Of a stretch of DNA of 64,000 bases, positions 56,618 through 64,000 are shown piece after piece. How positions within the stretch are numbered: position 1 is the stretch's first letter; every line of letters begins with the position of its first letter. The DNA is taken from positions 64,001-128,000 of the IMG/VR virus record IMGVR_UViG_3300035210_000189; one strand, 5' to 3'. The position numbers and the translations under genes were made by a program. This stretch comes from a virus. Under the pieces are notes generated by a model. The model worked only from the letters and a program-made list of their open reading frames with translations, was not told the origin of the DNA and searched no databases.

Positions 56618-57238
56618 ATGACTGAACTTGAACATTATATCCAATCCAAAAAGAATGATATTAAAGAAAAAATTTATAATTGTATTTTAAAGATAGATCA
56701 GCACTTCAATATTAAACTAGATTATGATTTAACAGACGTTGGTAATGATATTATTATTAAAGGTGTTGATGAGTATTCTTTTACTGTTTCAAAATGGTTT
56801 CAATCAAAGATCAATCCTTGTAATTTATTGAAATTTAATTGTGCTGGATTTCCTTTTGTCCTTCCTAATAGTCATAAGATGATTTTTTTCATTAGGTTTA
56901 ATGATGATTTTGATATTGAACAAGCTCAATTTAGAACTTCCTTTTTAACTAAGAAAGGTAATATCACTGGACTAAAGATTTTTTTTGACAAATCCCTTGA
57001 GTTGGGTCTTATCGAGAATAGTTATATTCCAAGTGGTGGTGGCAAAAGCAGTTATAGTTTAAAAACATCAGAATTGATGTGTCCATTTTTAGATGAGGTT
57101 ATTTTGTTTCGACTGTCTTACAACACAAATGAAGAGGTTAAAGAACTGTTGCCAGAATATTACATCCCGTCAGCTTATGATTTTAATTCTGTAGAATTTG
57201 CAGATCGTCTGAAAGTGTACAGCATGTTGACACTTTAA
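56618..57238 (+). CDS. Hypothetical protein, family F
   Basis: LLPEYYIPSAYDFNSVEFADRLKVYSMLTL; GGAG RBS. Confidence 0.75.
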   Translation: MTELEHYIQSKKNDIKEKIYNCILKIDQHFNIKLDYDLTDVGNDIIIKGVDEYSFTVSKWFQSKINPCNLLKFNCAGFPFVLPNSHKMIFFIRFNDDFDIEQAQFRTSFLTKKGNITGLKIFFDKSLELGLIENSYIPSGGGKSSYSLKTSELMCPFLDEVILFRLSYNTNEEVKELLPEYYIPSAYDFNSVEFADRLKVYSMLTL

Positions 57239-57298
57239 TATTGACTGTTTTTCTTAGGTGGTATACAATAACGAGCTACTTCAACTACGAGGTGATCT

Positions 57299-57856
57299 AT
57301 GTCGGAAGAATCCATTAAAATTTATTTCAGTGCTGATACATATAACTCAATCGAAGAATTTAAAAAAGATGTACTTGCTAATTTTACAACCATTTTGACA
57401 GAATTGTCAGCTATTTTTTATGTCGATAGACATATTGATGTAGACAATTTCAAACCTTTATTTAAAACTGAAACAGTTTATAAAGTCGCTCATCATATTT
57501 CAAGTAAAACCATTAATTATGTGCTTATTTTAAATCAACCACATTTCAAGTTGAAAGATAACATCTTTGTAGGTGATCTTCAGCTCAAAGATATTACATT
57601 GAATCAACACTTTGAACTCGATCATATTAATCTGCAATATTTCTTGTCTGATGTTTGTGTGAAACCCCATGTTTTTGAGTTAATCAAAATTAAGCATTCC
57701 GTAAAAGAACAAGATAATGATATTCGAGTGCAATATGGTATAGACAGTTCAAACAATGAACAACTTGTTATTAATGGCCCTTTGAAAGAAGCTGTCGATC
57801 AGGCTGTTATTTTATTTCAAAAAGTTAAAACTAATCTAATGGAGAAATCAGTGTGA
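57299..57856 (+). CDS. Hypothetical protein, pair H (1/2)
   Basis: AD......EFK, KP, IKIK and G...EAV shared with 57853. Confidence 0.7.
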   Translation: MSEESIKIYFSADTYNSIEEFKKDVLANFTTILTELSAIFYVDRHIDVDNFKPLFKTETVYKVAHHISSKTINYVLILNQPHFKLKDNIFVGDLQLKDITLNQHFELDHINLQYFLSDVCVKPHVFELIKIKHSVKEQDNDIRVQYGIDSSNNEQLVINGPLKEAVDQAVILFQKVKTNLMEKSV

Positions 57857-58389
57857 ATAGAGACTTAATTATATCAGTAGATGCCAATTTATTTCCAACT
57901 GCAGAAGACTTTAAAGCCCATATGTATGGTGTATTTGAAAAAGCCAAGCCTTCTATTTTTGATATTGTTGGTCAATCATTCGAGATGAATTTTGATGACC
58001 TAAAACCAGTTGTTAAACCGGTTGCTGTTAAAAAAGATTCCAATGTCCCAAAGATGACATGGACATACCAGATGACTTTTGATAATCCTGTACCATTTAA
58101 AGCTCAGTTAGATCTTGGAATGAAATCAAACTTTGAAGTAAGCATTGATGAATCATTTAAACCTTCCGGTGGTCTTACTTTATTCTCAACTCATGATGGT
58201 GTGAGCGTAGACTTTCAATCAATTAAAATTTACTTTTCTGCTGATAGTCCATTCAGGATAATCAAAATTAAGTATAAGAAATCAATCACTGATGATGTGG
58301 TTAGTCATGAGGAAGCTTTTGATGGCACAGTGCTTGAAGCAGTTAATCGAGCGAAAGAGTTCTTTGCCAGTGTTGATTACTCTTTTTGA
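57853..58389 (+). CDS. Hypothetical protein, pair H (2/2)
   Basis: GTG start after GGAG. Confidence 0.7.
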   Translation: MNRDLIISVDANLFPTAEDFKAHMYGVFEKAKPSIFDIVGQSFEMNFDDLKPVVKPVAVKKDSNVPKMTWTYQMTFDNPVPFKAQLDLGMKSNFEVSIDESFKPSGGLTLFSTHDGVSVDFQSIKIYFSADSPFRIIKIKYKKSITDDVVSHEEAFDGTVLEAVNRAKEFFASVDYSF

Positions 58390-58439
58390 AATAGCATTTT
58401 AATATGTTAAAATAGATTAAAATAACAAAGAGAACTATT

Positions 58440-59117
58440 ATGAACCACAAGCTAGTTACCATGAATAAATTTGTAGAAACTGCAACCGCATTAAAAAGTG
58501 ATTTATTGAATTTAAACAGAGATGTCAGCTTAGATGAATTTAAACAAACTTTTCATAAATTTGGGTTGGTTGTTGATGACGGTCAGTATGAGCTTTTCAA
58601 TATGTATCATAAAGCACACATGTTTCCTATGATGGCAGAAGGTATGGTTGTTAACACAGTAACTATAAGTGATGGTCATTATAATGATCTTAACACACCG
58701 CCAGAACTACTCAGCTTTCAACCTATCACTGATGGATCATCTTCTGCTGTATTGAAAGAAGACATCTTAAAAAGATTAGAAGTTTATCAAGCGGACTTTA
58801 AAGACATCAAAAAAATACCAAAAGAAAGTGTTATGGGTAAAATGAAAGACAATATGTTTGTAGAAGCTTACGAGGCTGTTCAAAAGGATCTTTCTAAGTT
58901 ATTCAATAAACATGGTGTAACCACTAACTATGAAGCTAACAAAGGAATAATTAAAGCTGCTAAACAGATTGACAAGTTTCCAATAGCTACTTCTGTTAGC
59001 GTTAATAACCTTGTGTCTCGCAGAATTCAAGAAGGTCTTTTACTTGAAGCACAAGTGTCTAAAAACAACATTAAACCAAGTGAACCTAGTAACAAAAAAG
59101 GAATATTCATTGCTTAA
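58440..59117 (+). CDS. Hypothetical protein
   Basis: Long ORF with terminator. Confidence 0.7.
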   Translation: MNHKLVTMNKFVETATALKSDLLNLNRDVSLDEFKQTFHKFGLVVDDGQYELFNMYHKAHMFPMMAEGMVVNTVTISDGHYNDLNTPPELLSFQPITDGSSSAVLKEDILKRLEVYQADFKDIKKIPKESVMGKMKDNMFVEAYEAVQKDLSKLFNKHGVTTNYEANKGIIKAAKQIDKFPIATSVSVNNLVSRRIQEGLLLEAQVSKNNIKPSEPSNKKGIFIA

Positions 59118-59212
59118 CAACAACGCCCATTTCGATGGGCTTTTTTGTATCCTTGAAATGTGAGTAAACTTATATTATAATGAGAACTACTTAACCAACC
59201 TCGGAAACAAAA

Positions 59213-59455
59213 ATGCACACTCGCAATACACTTCATTTGAATGACCAGCAACTTGACCTTATCGAAAACATTCTTTCTACTACACAGCTCGATATTACGG
59301 ATGATTTCGTTGTTGAACAACTTGTCAATGAAGGTATTATGCGTTATCCCGCCGAACAAGTTATACAATATCGATCATTCTATCTGAGCAATCAATGCTG
59401 TGATTCTCAAACACCTCTCCGTCATGGAAGAATAACATCGAATAAAGCCGCTTGA
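59213..59455 (+). CDS. Hypothetical protein
   Basis: Promoter upstream. Confidence 0.6.
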   Translation: MHTRNTLHLNDQQLDLIENILSTTQLDITDDFVVEQLVNEGIMRYPAEQVIQYRSFYLSNQCCDSQTPLRHGRITSNKAA

Positions 59456-59606
59456 TATTTTGTATTTCATTATCCTCATGTTTGTGAGGATTTTCTTTTT
59501 TCTAATGAATATTCTTTATAAATCCTTATTATTTCGAGGATTTCTTATTGAAAATATTATTTTTAGTGTTATCGTGAAAAGAAGCAAACGTAACTATTAT
59601 AATATT

Positions 59607-60188
59607 ATGGATCAATTAGCAGAGTTATTTACAAAGCAAACCTATCAAGAAGATGGCATTACACAAGGACAAGTAATTAGTCTTGCCAAGCATCACAAAA
59701 AAACACATTCACAAATCATACTAAGCCTTTCTAAAATTGAAGGCTTAAATTTGATTGAGTCTGTCGATTCTTTTGCAAAAAGAAAAATAAACACAAGAAA
59801 CCAAGAAGGATACCTTTTCAAAGACGGGTCTGTTCTGGTAAAATCCAATGGCACCTTCGTTGCTTTCACGATTGATGAAAGTTCTTTATGGTTAAGAGGA
59901 CTTGGCACACAGCCTTTCGATCTTGCTGCAGTTTATGCTGGTGCCGCATTTACCCTTCGATCTGGTGTGTCGTTTTCAGTCGTTGAAATTGATATTGCAA
60001 AAAATTTACCATTGACAATAAAGCTAGATAATGATCAGTCTATCATTGTATACAAAAATGATGGTAAATCAGACAATTATCAGTTCTCAGCTTATGATTT
60101 ACTGCTTGTCACTCAAACAGATAGTATCTTTCCTGCTGCTGGTGGGAACAAAAGAAACACGAATATTTTATCAATGCTGTTGAAATAA
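59607..60188 (+). CDS. Hypothetical protein
   Basis: ATG 5 nt after TATAAT (possibly leaderless). Confidence 0.6.
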   Translation: MDQLAELFTKQTYQEDGITQGQVISLAKHHKKTHSQIILSLSKIEGLNLIESVDSFAKRKINTRNQEGYLFKDGSVLVKSNGTFVAFTIDESSLWLRGLGTQPFDLAAVYAGAAFTLRSGVSFSVVEIDIAKNLPLTIKLDNDQSIIVYKNDGKSDNYQFSAYDLLLVTQTDSIFPAAGGNKRNTNILSMLLK

Positions 60189-60224
60189 GTAACACTTCAT
60201 GCTATAATTGAGAAAAATTCGGAG

Positions 60225-60587
60225 ATGATCATGTTAAAGACGCTAAGTAGACTGTTCAGCACAGAAAAACGTGTGCTCGCTGTTGTTTTCAATGATGGTA
60301 AAGTATTAATTTTCAATGAGAAGAACTTGGAACGCAATTCTCATCTATCCACTTATGTTACCGATGACCTCAAAATCGTTGGGAAAGAAGCGGAAGGTGT
60401 TCAGTCAGCAAAGATTGATTACTATGATGGTATGATTGCTATGCCAGAACAAACATTGTATTCAATTCCTTACGACCAAGAGAAACGTCCAGACACTTCG
60501 CCACTACTGCCAAAATCGGTGCGTAACGCGGTATGGAACTTTCTGGAAGGTGCAGAAGATAAAGTTCAAATAAAAATGGCGTCGTAA
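60225..60587 (+). CDS. Hypothetical protein
   Basis: GGAG RBS. Confidence 0.65.
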   Translation: MIMLKTLSRLFSTEKRVLAVVFNDGKVLIFNEKNLERNSHLSTYVTDDLKIVGKEAEGVQSAKIDYYDGMIAMPEQTLYSIPYDQEKRPDTSPLLPKSVRNAVWNFLEGAEDKVQIKMAS

Positions 60588-60659
60588 GGCGTCTTTTTTA
60601 TTGCCTAAATTTGGTAATTTTGTTATAATTCATCCACACAAACCACAGAGTTAATCAGC

Positions 60660-61079
60660 ATGATTATCTACCATTGGACAACGGTTAAACAAGCACTCAA
60701 AGCACTTCAAACAAATACACTCGTAAAACGCCGTTGGGGTCATTTCATTCCCGAGGTTGGTGCTATTGTGAAAGGTACTAGTTGGTCACAAGAACATTCT
60801 AAGTGGCAATGCGACCATCCAGTATGCTTCATGCTTGACGCTTCCAAAATCAGCAATGAAAAATATCATATCAATGGTAATCAAACCTATCTCAGAACCC
60901 AAGGCATGATCAATAAAGACTTTGATCCTAATGCTTGGCAGTATGAAAGCAACATTCCAGACGAATGCTTTGTGGTTGGCGATATTGTATCGCTCAAAAA
61001 GAGCCTAATCGGGATGTGTTTTGCGGATGGTGTTCCAATGTCTATCAAGAACGAAGTTCAGGCCGCATTTGGCATTTAA
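60660..61079 (+). CDS. Hypothetical protein, possible ADP-ribosyltransferase fold
   Basis: IYHWTT...TSWS...DECFV pattern. Confidence 0.45.
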   Translation: MIIYHWTTVKQALKALQTNTLVKRRWGHFIPEVGAIVKGTSWSQEHSKWQCDHPVCFMLDASKISNEKYHINGNQTYLRTQGMINKDFDPNAWQYESNIPDECFVVGDIVSLKKSLIGMCFADGVPMSIKNEVQAAFGI

Positions 61080-61144
61080 ACCTTGTTTACGTGGTCATTC
61101 TTTGGTATAATAACTTACTTTCAAAGAGCTTAGGAGCTTTTACA

Positions 61145-61672
61145 ATGCCAACTAAATACATTCGTCATCAAGATCGCTTTGTTGTGTTTCACGAAAAGAT
61201 TGTTCATAGTGACATGGCCCATCGTCTTTTCGGTCATGACAAGTTGATTCATGGTGCAGGATTTATTAAGCTTGTTCTTGAGGAAGACAAAATTCAAGCG
61301 AAGTGCGAGGGTAAGAGCGAATCATTGCGTGTAGGCACTCGACGTGATGACCACACTCATGTCTTGAATGCCATCGGTGTTGAGAACAATGATGAAGTTG
61401 AACATGCTAAATACGTCATCTGGCGTGGTAAGGCTGTTATCTTCTCTAACGAGTTGGAACACAAAGCTGTTGCAGAAGCCGCTTTCTTGGGCAGTTCGGA
61501 TTGTGAGAGTGCTGGTTTCATCAAGTTCATCTTTACAGCGGCTGGTAAAATCAAAGTCCACTGCTACGGTGAAAGCATGAGTCTTGGTGTTTCGGCTCAG
61601 AAAGGTGATGATAAAACGATTGCCGATCTGATGGGTATTCCACAAGCTAGCCTGCATGTAAGCCCACGGTGA
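61145..61672 (+). CDS. Hypothetical protein with internal tandem domain duplication
   Basis: KY......(V/I)F....H...A...AGFIK...C.G.S.SL.V occurs twice. Confidence 0.75.
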   Translation: MPTKYIRHQDRFVVFHEKIVHSDMAHRLFGHDKLIHGAGFIKLVLEEDKIQAKCEGKSESLRVGTRRDDHTHVLNAIGVENNDEVEHAKYVIWRGKAVIFSNELEHKAVAEAAFLGSSDCESAGFIKFIFTAAGKIKVHCYGESMSLGVSAQKGDDKTIADLMGIPQASLHVSPR

Positions 61673-61696
61673 TTTGTTAGTATTTAATACGGAGTT

Positions 61697-61921
61697 TTGA
61701 CGATGACGAAGCCACTGAATAAAAATGTGCAGTTTGTGAAGGTTAAATCTGGATGTGCTGTTGCAGCCGATATTCCTTATCGTGTAAAGACGTTTGGTGA
61801 TAAAGAATGTGTGGTTATCATTGATAAAAAAGCAAACACCATGAGTAATGATGTTTTGTATCAAGACATGGATTGCTACAAAGCTGATCAGCAAGTAAAG
61901 TTGATGCAAGCTCGACGGTAA
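61697..61921 (+). CDS. Small hypothetical protein
   Basis: GGAG RBS. Confidence 0.6.
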   Translation: MTMTKPLNKNVQFVKVKSGCAVAADIPYRVKTFGDKECVVIIDKKANTMSNDVLYQDMDCYKADQQVKLMQARR

Positions 61922-61972
61922 TTGCTGTTTATTGATAACAAGAAAGGTAGCCTGAGCTACCTTTTTTATTTT

Positions 61973-62581
61973 TTAATTCATTAAACCTTTAATTATATAC
62001 ACTGGAAATAGTATTATATATCCAACTATTATGAATGGAAAGGCGATTGTCATTCCAAGAGCACGACCTATTTTACTCATAGTTGAGGGTTTGCCACTAG
62101 ATTTATCAAAATTCTCTACTTTAATTTCATAGTTGTATATTTTTTGTTCTTTTTCTTCAATTGTAGATGTTTTATCAAGCATTCCTTTATTTAGCTGGCA
62201 TCCCGTCTTTGTTATTTTAAAATCCACTGTTTCAGTGTAAGACAAAGATTCACTGTTATAGATATCTTGTAGTTTTGATTCCTTTAATACTGTTTTAACA
62301 GTTCCTTTGTAATCAGTTTCAGCATTAGTTTTACAATCTTCCTGATTATAGAAAGCACTGACTTTCTTTATCATTACAATTTCATTTTTTGAGTTCTTTC
62401 TATATTCAAAGTTGTCACCATTTTTATTCACGTCAGTTAAGTTGACAACTTCTTCCTTTTTATCATTCATTTTTTTATCGTAAACTACGATTTGTGGTTT
62501 GCCAGCACAACCAACTATACTCATTATTGTTAATGCCACAGTAGTCATCTTAAATCCATTTTTTATGCTTTTAAAGTTCAT
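61973..62581 (-). CDS. Putative lipoprotein with C-terminal TM segment
   Basis: Lipobox IVGC; hydrophobic C-terminus. Confidence 0.65.
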   Translation of the reverse strand: MNFKSIKNGFKMTTVALTIMSIVGCAGKPQIVVYDKKMNDKKEEVVNLTDVNKNGDNFEYRKNSKNEIVMIKKVSAFYNQEDCKTNAETDYKGTVKTVLKESKLQDIYNSESLSYTETVDFKITKTGCQLNKGMLDKTSTIEEKEQKIYNYEIKVENFDKSSGKPSTMSKIGRALGMTIAFPFIIVGYIILFPVYIIKGLMN

Positions 62582-62695
62582 TAAAAACTCCAAGGTTATC
62601 TTATATATACTATTATATAGCATACAATAATACTTATAGCAAACCAACAAAAAAGCTAACACGAAGTTAGCTTTTTATTTGTTTCTTAATGATAA

Positions 62696-63358
62696 CTATA
62701 TGTTAGCAAGTAATATGAAGGGTGAAAGTAGTATTCCACCAACCACCATAGCAACGCCTATAAAATAATAAGGTAATGACGCTTTCCAAGATTCTATTTT
62801 GTATAAAAATTTATCAATATAGCTGGCTTCAGCCGTAATTTTATAACTGTACATATTTGGCATAGTTTTATAGCACTCATTTACAGTAATAAAAAAGCTA
62901 TCGTTTATATTATTTATTTGTTTTAATGTATCATCGTAATTATTTTTACACTCTTCTAGATTTTCATTTTCATAATGATATTTCAGTTTAACTATATTTC
63001 CAGCCAATGTTTCAGTTGTTATAGTTTTTGAGTTTTTATGATAGTTAGAAGAATTGAAACCAATGGAACTGTTGAATCTATTACCGCTACCTTCTCCAGC
63101 AGTAGTCCCAACATGGACAAAAAAATTAAAAGTTAACATCCATATTAATATTGCTATTTTTGTTTTTTTAAAGGATGAAAAGAAACTGTCTAAAAAAATT
63201 ACAAATGGTCTTAATGTAAATCGGTAAGTATTGTATATTATCTTTACACATATAAATTCAAATACATTATAAAATAAATCCCATAATCCCAACCTGTCTA
63301 ATGATTTACCAACATCAGCAGTTAAGATCTCTTTTATTTTATTTATTATTTTTTTCAT
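62696..63358 (-). CDS. Membrane protein
   Basis: Internal and C-terminal hydrophobic segments; weakly similar to 61973. Confidence 0.65.
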   Translation of the reverse strand: MKKIINKIKEILTADVGKSLDRLGLWDLFYNVFEFICVKIIYNTYRFTLRPFVIFLDSFFSSFKKTKIAILIWMLTFNFFVHVGTTAGEGSGNRFNSSIGFNSSNYHKNSKTITTETLAGNIVKLKYHYENENLEECKNNYDDTLKQINNINDSFFITVNECYKTMPNMYSYKITAEASYIDKFLYKIESWKASLPYYFIGVAMVVGGILLSPFILLANI

Positions 63359-63978
63359 GGTTTTAAACTCGTTTTAGGTTTAATTTTGTTTTCCAATGGT
63401 GGATCTACTTCAATAGCTACTTCTGGCGTTGGTTTACTATTTAACTTCTCTAACAACTTTACTGTGTAATAAGCATCATTCCCACTGTTGTGCAGTTCTT
63501 TCTTTGTATACTCTATTCCATATTCAGTTAAGAGTTCATGAAGGGGTTTTTGTTTACCGTGAAATGTTTGTGTATCCAAAATATTTAATTGACTGTAATC
63601 ATCAAGCCATATGCCATGAATGTTAAATAATTTGATGTCTTCTTGATGAGAGTGAAATAAAGCATAATCAGCAATGGATAATTGATTTTTAACAATATCT
63701 GTCATCTTGTCTAATGAGATAATTTCCGTTTCGCCATATCTAAATCTTTTTTGTAGGCTACTATCACTCTTGGTCTGGTAAGCCGTATCAATGAGATAAT
63801 GTTTGGATATCATGTTGTCGCCTTGCTTAACGGTCATCCCCATTTCAGTAATCAACGACTTCTTATGAGAAAACTCAAAATCAATGGAGACAATTCTTTT
63901 CTGTTCTATGTCTTCTGGCATTTCTCTGAGGTGTTTATCTTTTAACGCTAGTCTTGATTTTTTAAGTCTATCTAACAC
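63355..63978 (-). CDS. DEDDh 3'-5' exonuclease-like protein (may extend upstream)
   Basis: SIDFEF, ILDTQ, LHNSGNDAYYT. Confidence 0.75.
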   Translation of the reverse strand: MLDRLKKSRLALKDKHLREMPEDIEQKRIVSIDFEFSHKKSLITEMGMTVKQGDNMISKHYLIDTAYQTKSDSSLQKRFRYGETEIISLDKMTDIVKNQLSIADYALFHSHQEDIKLFNIHGIWLDDYSQLNILDTQTFHGKQKPLHELLTEYGIEYTKKELHNSGNDAYYTVKLLEKLNSKPTPEVAIEVDPPLENKIKPKTSLKP

Positions 63979-64000
63979 TCTAATACTGTTGCCATCTTTC

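Noticed and set aside
34-63626. Numerous antisense or alternate-frame ORFs (e.g. 34-465, 29414-29977, 43000-43599, 48149-48661, 54272-54775, 61322-61909)
   Set aside because: Shadows of better-supported genes, with no RBS or recognisable motifs.

Overview
AT-rich, densely coding 64-kb segment of a large phage-like replicon. A jumbo phage accessory/early region is the best fit, but a megaplasmid or phage-plasmid cannot be excluded, because no virion, terminase or replication genes fall in this window. Most genes are short + strand hypotheticals organised as sigma70-like promoter, gene(s), intrinsic terminator, with many paralog families. Recognisable products: T4 Rnl1-type RNA ligase, two GNATs, an N6-adenine DNA MTase, a class I SAM MTase, Lgt, a ZitB/CzcD CDF transporter, a Spy/CpxP-like protein, three trypsin-like lipoproteins (two apparently inactive), a PRTase-like protein, a NADAR/gp30.3-like protein, two HNH-type nucleases, a DEDDh exonuclease, tRNA-Leu(TAG), tRNA-Cys(GCA), and a tnpB-only IS200/IS605 element that splits a host gene. 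The most unusual signals are: (1) a GC-rich, promoter-driven cluster of structured non-coding RNAs at about 24.5-26.45 kb, with three non-canonical CCA-ending tRNA-like RNAs and a thrice-repeated covarying three-way-junction motif carrying invariant GAUUAAAAC, plus a stand-alone tRNA-like RNA at 17.4 kb; (2) nine proteins from three unrelated families ending in [LV]-x-x-M-x-x-[ILY]-COOH, a candidate sorting signal; (3) an envelope module of Lgt, six lipoproteins and three secreted 'ADY'-motif proteins. All RNA folds were paired by eye and no database searches were run. Many starts were moved from the ORF track to an RBS-supported codon.
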